This document shows positions 1-8,172 of a DNA stretch of 56,997 bases, one piece after another. The position numbers and the translations under genes are program-made. Location: the NCBI GenBank assembly GCA_964452895.1, contig CAYVRY010000003.1, forward strand, positions 1 to 56,997. The letters run 5' to 3'. This stretch comes from an uncultured Halobacteriales archaeon (GTDB lineage Archaea > Thermoplasmatota > E2 > JACPAO01 > JAHWKR01). The notes below the pieces were generated by a model, which was not told the DNA's origin, made no database searches, and saw only the letters and a list, made by a program, of their open reading frames with translations. Numbering within the stretch: the first letter of the stretch is position 1; each line of letters starts with the position of its first letter.

Positions 1-1253
1 CGGAGGCCGCGGACGTGGATCTGCACGTGCACGCCCCGTATTACACGAACCTCGCCGGCGACGAGCGCAATCTGAAGCTGACCCGGGAGAAGGTGCTCAA
101 GGCGGGCGAGATGGCGCACGAGATGGGGGGCCACACCGTGGTCGTCCATCCGGGTTTCTACGGGGAGTACACCCCCCAGGAGGCCCTGGAGCGGATCGTC
201 CAGGTGGTGGGGGACCTGCGCGATGAGTTCAAGGAGAACAGTTGGAAACCGAACCTGGGCCTGATCACCATGGGCAAGCGGCCGGTCTTCGGCAGCCTGG
301 AGGAGATCATCGACGTGAGCAAGCAGGTCCCGGGGGTCCATCCGGTGGTGGATTTCGCCCACATCCACGCGCGCGGCAACGGGTCGTTGAACACGGTGGA
401 GGATTTCCAGGAGGTCTTCGACCAGTTGATCCCGTTGTCCCTGGAGCACACGTTGATCCATTTCACGGGGGTGCGTTACGAGAACGGCAACGAGCGGCAC
501 CATCTGCCCATCAAGAAGGGGGACCTGCGCTTCGAGCCGCTTGTCGAGGTGATCCTGGAGAACGATTACAATGTGACGTTGATCTCCACGTCGCCGATCC
601 TGGAGCACGATGCGATGTACATGCAGATCGTGTTGGACCGCGTCAAGGAGAAGCGGGAGCAGCGCCTGAAGAAGGACCTGGAGCGCCAGAAGAAGGAGGA
701 AGAGGAGGCGGCGATCGCCGCGGCGGCGGAGGCGGAGTCGAAAGCGGAGTACGAGAAAAGCCCGCCGCCGGAACCGGAATCGGAGCCCGAGCCGGAGAAG
801 CCGAAGAAGGCGCCGAAGCCGAAACCGGAGCCCCGTCCGCAGTGCGCGGCGTTGACCCATTCGGGTTCGCCCTGTTCGAATCCGGCGCGCACCGGTTCGA
901 AGTATTGTTCGTCCCACAAAGGGTACCGTCCGGGTCGCGCGGTGAAGAAAAAGGCGGACAACAAGGGGGCGCCGAAGAAGGCGAAGGCTCCCGCCAAGGC
1001 AGCGGGAAAGGCGTCCCCGGCGAAGAAGGCGGCCAAGAAGAGCAGCGGGGGCAGCGGAAGCAGCGGGAGCAACGGGGGCAGCGCCTCGCGCAAGAGCGCG
1101 CCGAAGGGGGCGAAGAAGAGCGCGAACCGGTCCACAGGCAGCAGGTCGGAGTCGAAGACCACGAAGAAAGCGGGCAAGGACGGTTCCGAGAAGAAGGGCG
1201 GCGGGCGGTTGCGCAAGGCCGCCCAGCGGTTGGTGCGTCGCCGGGAGGAATAG
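1..1253 (+). CDS. Endonuclease IV-like / xylose-isomerase-like TIM-barrel protein, 5'-partial, with a C-terminal CCCH knuckle and a Lys/Ala/Pro-rich tail
   Basis: The reading frame of ORF 15..1253 stays open to the window start. HAPYYTNL, VVVHPG, DFAHIHARG and HFTG resemble AP-endonuclease family 2, whose members normally have about 60 more N-terminal residues. The tail carries C-x9-C-x10-C-x2-H followed by KKA/KPK/GS repeats. Confidence 0.55.
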   Translation, partial: EAADVDLHVHAPYYTNLAGDERNLKLTREKVLKAGEMAHEMGGHTVVVHPGFYGEYTPQEALERIVQVVGDLRDEFKENSWKPNLGLITMGKRPVFGSLEEIIDVSKQVPGVHPVVDFAHIHARGNGSLNTVEDFQEVFDQLIPLSLEHTLIHFTGVRYENGNERHHLPIKKGDLRFEPLVEVILENDYNVTLISTSPILEHDAMYMQIVLDRVKEKREQRLKKDLERQKKEEEEAAIAAAAEAESKAEYEKSPPPEPESEPEPEKPKKAPKPKPEPRPQCAALTHSGSPCSNPARTGSKYCSSHKGYRPGRAVKKKADNKGAPKKAKAPAKAAGKASPAKKAAKKSSGGSGSSGSNGGSASRKSAPKGAKKSANRSTGSRSESKTTKKAGKDGSEKKGGGRLRKAAQRLVRRREE

Positions 1254-1256
1254 GCC

Positions 1257-1862
1257 ATGAGGGGTGCAAGGATCGCGGCTGAGAAACCGGAGCAGGGGGA
1301 GAAGGTGGACCCGACGCGGTTGGAGCTCGGGGTGGAGTATGTGCTGGAAGAGGTGCAGGCGGCCATCGGCCGTGCGGACAAGGAGGCGGTCCGATCCGCG
1401 TTGGAGGCACTGGAACGATCACAGCGGGTGTTCGTCTACGGAGCGGGGCGTTCCGGCCTGGTGGCCCGCTCGTTCGGCATCCGGTTGATGCATCTGGGTT
1501 ACCAGACCTTCGTGATCGGGGAGACGATCACGGCGCCCGTGGCGAAGGGGGACCTGGTGTTCCTGATCTCGGGGTCGGGGGAGACCTATCCGGTGGTGAT
1601 GACGGCGGAGATCGCGGCGAACATCGGGGCCACGGTGGTCTCCATCACGCGCAACCCGGAGACCGGGATCGCGGAGCACAGCGACATCGTGATCCACTTG
1701 GACCCCAGGGACGCGGACCCGCGCAAGAGCGAGTTGGCGCCTTTGGGCACGCTTTTCGAGTCCGCGGTGTGGATCCTGTTGGACGGGTTCGTCGCGGACC
1801 TGATGGGCCGTCTCGGGCAGACCGAGGTGGCCATGAGAAAGCGTCATGCTACCCTCGAGTAG
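1257..1862 (+). CDS. hxlB: 6-phospho-3-hexuloisomerase (SIS domain)
   Basis: GAGRSGLVARSFGIRLMHLG, ISGSGET and PLGTLFES motifs are typical of PHI-type SIS proteins. ATG at 1257 lies 3 nt after the upstream stop. Confidence 0.7.
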   Translation: MRGARIAAEKPEQGEKVDPTRLELGVEYVLEEVQAAIGRADKEAVRSALEALERSQRVFVYGAGRSGLVARSFGIRLMHLGYQTFVIGETITAPVAKGDLVFLISGSGETYPVVMTAEIAANIGATVVSITRNPETGIAEHSDIVIHLDPRDADPRKSELAPLGTLFESAVWILLDGFVADLMGRLGQTEVAMRKRHATLE

Positions 1863-1912
1863 GCGATGTGAGGGGCTCACGTCGTCTTCGGGCGTCTACC
1901 GATCCGTCCGGT

Positions 1913-2221
1913 TCACGCCGTGGCGCGTGTGACCGTGGCGCGGTATTTGTTCACCCAGCCGCGGATCCCCTCTTTGGAGATCTTCACGTTGTGGTGCGTG
2001 TAGAGGTGGTCCTGGATCTTCGCCAGGGAGAGGCCCTTGACGTACAGGTCGAGGGCTTCCGTCACCACTTCGGGCTCGGTCTTCATTTTCAAGAACCCGT
2101 TGTCCGGCGTGAACCGCCGGTCGCAGATGTTGCATTTGAACATCTGTTTGAACGAGCTTTTGTTCTTTCGCACTCCATACTTCACGGTATTGTCTGAACC
2201 GCAGAATCTGCAACCAACCAT
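1913..2221 (-). CDS. IS1 InsA-like zinc-ribbon/HTH protein (COG3677-like), orphan
   Basis: CRFCGSDN...CNICDRRF zinc ribbon followed by a helix-turn-helix-like segment. The longest ORF reaches 2284, but the Met at 2221 sits directly before the zinc ribbon. No DDE transposase ORF or terminal inverted repeats lie nearby. Confidence 0.5.
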   Translation of the reverse strand: MVGCRFCGSDNTVKYGVRKNKSSFKQMFKCNICDRRFTPDNGFLKMKTEPEVVTEALDLYVKGLSLAKIQDHLYTHHNVKISKEGIRGWVNKYRATVTRATA

Positions 2222-2333
2222 AGCAACACACTTCCAAGAGCCACCGGCTCTGTCCACTTGAAGAGTGGTGGTGGTATTTAACATTCTCGATAAATCGGTG
2301 AGTGGTCGATTTCGTCCATATTAAGGGGTCGGC

Positions 2334-3644
2334 TTAGAGGGGTGAGAAAAAAAGGCCGCTTTGAAGTTTTGGCAGGAAATAAGTGGACTTCTGCGGCATG
2401 TGTTCCCGGGCGTCCGCGACCTCGAGAACCGCCCTTTGGGGCGTCGCGTTCATCAGAACTGTACAATCCGCCTCGCCGCTCAGGCTGGCGGCCACGGCCT
2501 CCTGGGGGTCGCGCGTGTAGCGCAGCCGGTCCCCGGCGTTCTCCTGGGTGATCCCCAGGGTCGCGGGAAGCACGTGATGATGCAGGACGCTCACATCCAG
2601 GCGACGCCACGCCTCGGAACGGTCCGGGGCCATCTCCGGGGGGACCTCGTGGTCCGGGACCGAGACCCCGTCGCATCCCGCGGCTCCCCAATCGAACACG
2701 AAGCGGTGCTCCCCGTCGCCGGCCTGCCGCAGGTAATCCAGGATCGTACCGGCCCGCGTTTGGGGGTCGGAGTCCACGTCCAGTCTCTTCACCCGGAACC
2801 GGGCCGCCAGTTGTTTGCGGGCGTCCGCCGCGTCGTCGAGCTGCACGAGCCGGTGCGTGGGGTGCACGCTCAATCCGGGGTCTTCGGCCTCCATGAGGAC
2901 CGCGAGCTTGTGCTCGTAGCGCTTCGGTTGCTCCTCGCTGGAGTTCTGGTCGCGGCGCCATTTCGCGTAATGAAGCGCCGTGGCGTAACGGTGATGCCCG
3001 TCCGCGATGTAGGCGCGCTGGGAGCCGAACCAGTTCGTGATCGTCTCCACGGTGTCCGGGTCTGTGATCGACCACAAGGCGTGATGGGTGCCGTGCGGGT
3101 CCGTGAAATCCATCATGGGTTGCGCTTGATGGTCCTTGGTGACCTTCTCGACCGCCCCCATCACGCTGCCCTCCGGGTCGCGGTAAAGGAACTGGATCGG
3201 TTCCAGGTCCATGGCCGTCGCCTTCAACAATTCGAGTCGGTCCTCGATGGGGCCCTCGTGGGTGCGCTCGTGCGGGCGCACGTCGTCATATTCCGGGTCC
3301 AGCCCGATCAGGCAGCCCAGGCCGCGTGCGGTCCGGTTCTTCTCGCCGTCATGGTATGTGACCTCGTACAGGTAGAACGCGGGGTTCGGCCGCTGGTACA
3401 GGATCCCTTCCTTGCGCCACCGCTTGAGCAGCTTGTTCGCTTCCCGGTATTTCGTCTCCTCCGGCTTGCCGGGCGCCGGTGCAGGCAGCGTGAGATGGGT
3501 GACGTTGTACTCGTTCGCTTTCTTCAAACGTTCCATTTCACCTGCAGAGATCACGTCGTAGGGCAGCGAGGTGACATGCTCCGCGCCCCCCTGGATCTCC
3601 TCCAGGTCGTACATGAGGGCTTTAAACGGTCGGATAACCACCAT
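2334..3644 (-). CDS. DUF1015 family protein
   Basis: 436-aa ORF with an N-terminal IRPFKAL... segment and the ADGHHRYATAL motif characteristic of DUF1015/COG4198. Confidence 0.7.
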   Translation of the reverse strand: MVVIRPFKALMYDLEEIQGGAEHVTSLPYDVISAGEMERLKKANEYNVTHLTLPAPAPGKPEETKYREANKLLKRWRKEGILYQRPNPAFYLYEVTYHDGEKNRTARGLGCLIGLDPEYDDVRPHERTHEGPIEDRLELLKATAMDLEPIQFLYRDPEGSVMGAVEKVTKDHQAQPMMDFTDPHGTHHALWSITDPDTVETITNWFGSQRAYIADGHHRYATALHYAKWRRDQNSSEEQPKRYEHKLAVLMEAEDPGLSVHPTHRLVQLDDAADARKQLAARFRVKRLDVDSDPQTRAGTILDYLRQAGDGEHRFVFDWGAAGCDGVSVPDHEVPPEMAPDRSEAWRRLDVSVLHHHVLPATLGITQENAGDRLRYTRDPQEAVAASLSGEADCTVLMNATPQRAVLEVADAREHMPQKSTYFLPKLQSGLFFSPL

Positions 3645-3730
3645 AGCAGCGCCGGCGCGGCAAGGGGTCCCCCTCTAAACACCTTTGCTTCGAAGGGGGG
3701 TTTCACTTGGAGGGACGTGCCCATAGGCGT

Positions 3731-4594
3731 TTATGCATGCTCATGGGTGCGCCGGCGCCCGCGTTGCTTCTCGATGGCTTCCACGAGGGTGATCTCGCCG
3801 CGCGCGACGCGCGTGGCAAGCCTCCGGTCCACGGTGATCGCTCCGTCACTGGCGATCCGGGAGCGGCGCTGGATGTCCGAGATCTCACCCGGGCGCACAT
3901 CCAGCAGGACACGGCGTTCCACGATGCGTCCCCGTTGCATGGCGATCCCGATGGCGGCTTGGATGTCACGTGACAGATGCAACGTGGGCCGTCGCGCCAT
4001 GATCGGGTTCGTCGCGGTCTCGTCCACCACTTCCAGTCGCACGTCCTCCATGGCGAGTTCCAGCAGGTCGTTGAGCAGACGGTTGCGCGACAACCGGGCG
4101 CCGTGCCCGATGCGGATGATCACCTTGGTCGCAGGGAAGGACGGAAGGTAGCGCTTGAGATGGTCCAACACGGCGGGGACGTCTTCCAGATGCGCCGTGT
4201 GCACGACGCTACCGTCGCCCAGAAACGCCATGCCGGGGCGTTCACCCGGGTCGATGCCCACCACGAGCCGTTCGTAGCGTTCCGTGCCCGCGAGCCGACG
4301 CAGCCCTTCACTGATCGCGCGCTCGTAATCCTCCTCGCCCGCCTCGTCCATGCGGACGCTCACCACGGGCAGGTCGCTGGGCAGGTCCAGGTCGATGGGT
4401 TTGCCGTCGATCCGGCGTTGACCGCGCCCCCCCGCCGGGGGGAAGTCGCGCCAGGAAGCGATGAGCACGCCCACGTCGCCGGGGATCGGCTCGCCGTGGT
4501 CGAGCACCCGGTAAGTGGCCCCACGGGCGTTGAGGCGCTTGACGAGCTCATGCAGGACCCGGAAATCTCGCGTCAGGATGCCGAGGCGGCGCAC
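3731..4594 (-). CDS. Hypothetical protein with a possible RNase H-fold (RuvC/YqgF-like) core
   Basis: 287-aa ORF. VVGIDPGERPGMAF resembles the first acidic motif of RuvC/YqgF-type nucleases. The rest is unassigned. Confidence 0.3.
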   Translation of the reverse strand: MRRLGILTRDFRVLHELVKRLNARGATYRVLDHGEPIPGDVGVLIASWRDFPPAGGRGQRRIDGKPIDLDLPSDLPVVSVRMDEAGEEDYERAISEGLRRLAGTERYERLVVGIDPGERPGMAFLGDGSVVHTAHLEDVPAVLDHLKRYLPSFPATKVIIRIGHGARLSRNRLLNDLLELAMEDVRLEVVDETATNPIMARRPTLHLSRDIQAAIGIAMQRGRIVERRVLLDVRPGEISDIQRRSRIASDGAITVDRRLATRVARGEITLVEAIEKQRGRRRTHEHA

Positions 4595-4736
4595 AGGACC
4601 TCACAACCCGTTCGGGTTTTTGACGTGTCGCCTCTCGCGGCCGGTCCCCCGGGGCCGCAGCGGCGCCTGGTGCCGCGATCGTGCCCGGTGTCGCGGCTCC
4701 CGAAGGGTCATCATCTGGCGCTTCATGCGCGCGGGC

Positions 4737-6233
4737 ATGGCGAGGCAGCACATCCTCGCGCTCGACCAGGGCACCACGGGTTCCACGGCTTTCGTCTTTG
4801 ATGACGAAGCCCGTCCCGTGGGGCGGGCGTATCAGGAGTTCCAGCAGCATTACCCGAAACCGGGCTGGGTCTCGCACCGACCCGATGAGATCTGGGAGGC
4901 CACGCTCGCCGTGGGCCGGAAGGCGATCCAAGAGGCGGGGCTCAAGGGAGACGACATCACGGCGATCGGGATCGTGAACCAACGGGAGACCACCGTGGTG
5001 TGGGACAAGAAAACAGGGGATGCGATCGCGGACGCGGTGGTATGGCAATGCCGGCGGACCGCGGGGATCTGCCGCGGCTTGCGCGAGGCCGGGCATGAAG
5101 ATCTCGTGCGCGAGCGCACGGGCCTGGTCATCGATTCCTATTTTTCCGGGCCCAAGATCGCTTGGATCCTGGACAACACGGAAGGCGCAAGACGGCGTGC
5201 GGAAGCCGGTGAACTGGCTTTCGGTACCGTGGATTCCTGGTTGATCCATCGCTTGACGCGGGGACAGGCGCACAAGACGGATGCGACGAACGCGTCACGG
5301 ACCCTCCTCTTTGACATCCACAAGGGAGAATGGGATGAGGAACTTGCTGGGATCCAACGGGTCCCGGTCTCCATGTTGCCGCAAGTGCAGGATTCGGCGG
5401 GGGAGTTCGGGGTGGCGCACGCCCAGTGGTTCGGTGCCGAGATCCCCATTACCGGGGTCGCGGGCGACCAGCAGGCGGCCCTCTTCGGCCAGGGGTGTTT
5501 TGCTGCCGGGGCGGTGAAGAACACGTACGGGACGGGATGTTTTGCCTTGGAGAACACCGGTTCGCAGGCGGTGGCTTCGGACCATGGTTTGTTGACCACG
5601 GTGGCTTGGCGCATGAACGGTCAGACGACCTATGCCTTGGAGGGCGCGGTTTTTGTGGCGGGAGCCGTGGTCCAGTGGCTGCGGGACGAGTTGGGGTTGA
5701 TCAAGGAGGCCGCCGAGACGGAAGGCCTTGCAAACAGCGTGCAGGACAACGCGGGGGTCTACATGGTGCCGGCGTTCTCGGGCTTGGGCGCGCCGCATTG
5801 GGACGAGTCCGCACGCGGCGTGATCGTCGGCCTGACACGTGGAAGTTCGCGGGCGCACATCGTGCGGGCTGCCTTGGAGTCCATCGCGTACCAGTCCAAC
5901 GACCTGTTCGATTCGTTCACGAAGGACGCGGGTACGGACTTTTCAACATTGAAGGTGGACGGCGGCGCGGCGGCGAATGACTTCCTGTGCCAGTTCCAGG
6001 CGGACATTTCGGGATTGACGGTCGTGCGGCCGAAAGTGGTCGAGACCACGGCGCTGGGGGCGGCGTTTTTTGCGGGCCTGGGTGCAGGCGTGTGGGGTTC
6101 CACGAAGGAACTGGAGCACGTGTGGCAGGAAGACGCCCGGTTCGAACCCCGGATGCAGGCGGGGGAGCGCGAGCGGCTCATCGGTCAGTGGCATCGGGCC
6201 GTACAGCGGGCGAAGGGCTGGGAGAAGGAATAG
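4737..6233 (+). CDS. glpK: Glycerol kinase
   Basis: ILALDQGTTGS, NQRETTVVWD, GDQQAALFGQ and the FGGY-family C-terminal region. ATG at 4737 gives a canonical 498-aa protein. The upstream part of ORF 4515.. is Arg-rich nonsense. Confidence 0.9.
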   Translation: MARQHILALDQGTTGSTAFVFDDEARPVGRAYQEFQQHYPKPGWVSHRPDEIWEATLAVGRKAIQEAGLKGDDITAIGIVNQRETTVVWDKKTGDAIADAVVWQCRRTAGICRGLREAGHEDLVRERTGLVIDSYFSGPKIAWILDNTEGARRRAEAGELAFGTVDSWLIHRLTRGQAHKTDATNASRTLLFDIHKGEWDEELAGIQRVPVSMLPQVQDSAGEFGVAHAQWFGAEIPITGVAGDQQAALFGQGCFAAGAVKNTYGTGCFALENTGSQAVASDHGLLTTVAWRMNGQTTYALEGAVFVAGAVVQWLRDELGLIKEAAETEGLANSVQDNAGVYMVPAFSGLGAPHWDESARGVIVGLTRGSSRAHIVRAALESIAYQSNDLFDSFTKDAGTDFSTLKVDGGAAANDFLCQFQADISGLTVVRPKVVETTALGAAFFAGLGAGVWGSTKELEHVWQEDARFEPRMQAGERERLIGQWHRAVQRAKGWEKE

Positions 6234-6240
6234 AAGGTCA

Positions 6241-6519
6241 TTAATCGATCCAATCGTATCCGTCTCGTCGGTGAAAAACCCGCACGACCTCAAGCTTGCC
6301 CTTTCTCGGCCGAAAAACGACACGCCAAAGTCCTACTCGCAATCGATACAAGGGCACATCAGAAGGACCTGTTCTCATTTGGGTCACGTCCAAGGTCTTG
6401 GGCGAGGGCCATGTTTGCTTCAATTCTCTCAGTGACGCGCGCATGCGTTTTTTTATTGTAGGGTGCAGGTGACGAAGCACTTGTTGCGCTTCGCTGCCCA
6501 GCAGGATTTGAATGGGCAC
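6241..6519 (-). CDS. RelE/ParE-family toxin (type II TA)
   Basis: 92 aa. YRLRVGLWRVVF...VVRVFHRRDGY is typical of the RelE/StbE fold. Its start abuts the stop of the upstream small gene. Confidence 0.65.
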   Translation of the reverse strand: MPIQILLGSEAQQVLRHLHPTIKKRMRASLRELKQTWPSPKTLDVTQMRTGPSDVPLYRLRVGLWRVVFRPRKGKLEVVRVFHRRDGYDWID

Positions 6520-6717
6520 CTATTCTCCCCAATCAAAATCGTCCAGTTCTACCCAATCAGATTCATCATCTGCCATTCGGTGCAACTCGGTGGTGAATCG
6601 ATGTTTTTCGGCAGCATCCATGAGGCGCCGGAGAATCTCGTCGTAGCTCATACCGGCTTGACCGAATCCCCGCAGCCGATCGCGGGTCTTGGGGTCTACA
6701 GCAATCGTCGTCGGCAC
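6520..6717 (-). CDS. Putative antitoxin partner of the RelE-like toxin
   Basis: 65-aa acidic protein directly abutting the toxin start (6520/6519). GTG start at 6717. Located in a lower-GC stretch. Confidence 0.5.
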   Translation of the reverse strand: MPTTIAVDPKTRDRLRGFGQAGMSYDEILRRLMDAAEKHRFTTELHRMADDESDWVELDDFDWGE

Positions 6718-6735
6718 TTATGCCCCATTATGCCG

Positions 6736-6750
6736 AAATATATAATTTAT
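6736..6750 (-). promoter_or_regulatory. TATA-like box for the TA operon (leaderless geometry)
   Basis: AT-rich aaatatataatttat lies 20-30 nt upstream of the GTG at 6717 on the minus strand. Confidence 0.4.
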
Positions 6751-6848
6751 ATGTTTCTATATGGGTGTGGTGCCTGGCGTGGTGTAACCAGGGGCACGGT
6801 TCTCTAGTTTGCCTGCCGCATGGCGTTCGGTCTGCCGAGGTCGCCCGT

Positions 6849-7991
6849 TCACAGGTCCGGCAAGCCGATGGTCTCCAGGTCCAGCCGGAGCACGTCCATG
6901 CCGCGGCTCAGGTCGCCCGTGTAGAGGTGGCCGTCGTGGTATTGCACGTCCCAGACGTTGACGCTACTGGTCTGCCATTGTTCCACCACGCGCGGCAGGG
7001 CGGGGATCTCCAGGTCGATGACCAGCACGCCGCCGGTGTACCAACCCACGGCCAGAAGCGGAAGGTCGTCGATGAACTCGCCGAAATGCGCCGTGCACGC
7101 ACCTGGGCCGCTGTTTGGGGGCGTTATGGAACTGACTTCTTGCGGGGATCCGGGGTCCGTGATGTCGAACAACCAGATCGCGCCATCGGTCCCGCCGGCG
7201 CTGCCGGCCGGTGTATGCACACCGCCTCCGCAACCGTCGTCCTGGAAGCCGAAGTCTTCGTCCCCGATGATCAGTGTGTTGTGGTCCGACGTGGCGAGGG
7301 CCCAATGGTGGATTCTGATCTCTTCGTGGTCCACTTCACCGAGGACCACAGGGTTCAGGCGATCGCTGATATCCAGGATGTACGTGGCCCACAGTCCCGC
7401 ACAGTACGCGCGGTCCACCTCGGGGTAGGCTTCGATGTCGTGACAGGTGATGTTGCCGCTTCGCCACACCTTGACGAGCTCCGGGTTGTCGGGGTCGCTG
7501 ACATCCACGATGTCGACGCCGGAGGAGCCGGAACGGCTGTTGTAGAACAACGCTTCGCCTTCCACGGCTTCCACGTTGTGCAGGATCCCGCCCATGCTCA
7601 CCCGTTCGATGACCCATGGGTCTTCCGGGTCCGTGATGTCGATGATGTCCATCCAGAACGTGTTCGAACCGGCCGCTGCAATGACCCGGTCGCCCACTTC
7701 GAGGATCGCCACGTCGCGTGCCGGCACCGGCACGTGCGCCACGGACACCGGGTTCTGCGGGTCGCTGATGTCCGTGATGTGCAGTCCGCCGCTTTGGGCC
7801 CCGGAGTAGGCGTGGTCTCCGTAGATGAGGAGCCCGGCACCGCTTGTGAACGGCACGTTCGCCGTGTGTTCAATGGTGGCCTGGCTGGCCACCGGCAGCC
7901 AATTCTGGGCACCCGCACCGCTCGATACGAGTAGGGTCATAGTCGCGAGTCCGACGAAAAGAAGCAAGTCTTTGCGTGTCACACCATTCAA
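6849..7991 (-). CDS. Secreted LVIVD-repeat beta-propeller protein
   Basis: N-terminal signal/TM segment. Repeated [LIV]x[IV][IV]D[IV][ST]DPxxP units (HITDISDPQNP, IDIIDITDPEDP, VDIVDVSDPDNP, YILDISDRLNP, WLFDITDPGSP). Confidence 0.75.
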   Translation of the reverse strand: MNGVTRKDLLLFVGLATMTLLVSSGAGAQNWLPVASQATIEHTANVPFTSGAGLLIYGDHAYSGAQSGGLHITDISDPQNPVSVAHVPVPARDVAILEVGDRVIAAAGSNTFWMDIIDITDPEDPWVIERVSMGGILHNVEAVEGEALFYNSRSGSSGVDIVDVSDPDNPELVKVWRSGNITCHDIEAYPEVDRAYCAGLWATYILDISDRLNPVVLGEVDHEEIRIHHWALATSDHNTLIIGDEDFGFQDDGCGGGVHTPAGSAGGTDGAIWLFDITDPGSPQEVSSITPPNSGPGACTAHFGEFIDDLPLLAVGWYTGGVLVIDLEIPALPRVVEQWQTSSVNVWDVQYHDGHLYTGDLSRGMDVLRLDLETIGLPDL

Positions 7992-8172
7992 CTCCGCTTG
8001 CGGATATGCGGTGTCGCTAAATGGCTATCGGCTGCGGGATGCGCATGGGGTCACTGAAAGCACGGTAGGAAAGGACTCGGGTCGAAATCCCGTCTGTTGC
8101 GGTCACCCTGGTGTGCATCCGATCAACAAGGTCGAGGATCCATGTCGGCCATGTTGGGTCCAGTACCGGCAT

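Noticed and set aside
4515-4736. 74-aa N-terminal extension of glycerol kinase
   Set aside because: The extension is Arg/Cys-rich nonsense. The canonical GlpK N-terminus (MARQHILALDQGTTGS) starts at 4737.
8075-8107. tRNA-like T-arm fragment (CGGGTCGAAATCCCGTCTGTTGCGGTCACC) that could mark an integration (att) site near the Fic and TA genes
   Set aside because: The loop lacks the canonical TTC. I could not fold any complete cloverleaf with a matching acceptor stem from the upstream 70 nt. I found no second copy of the segment in the window.
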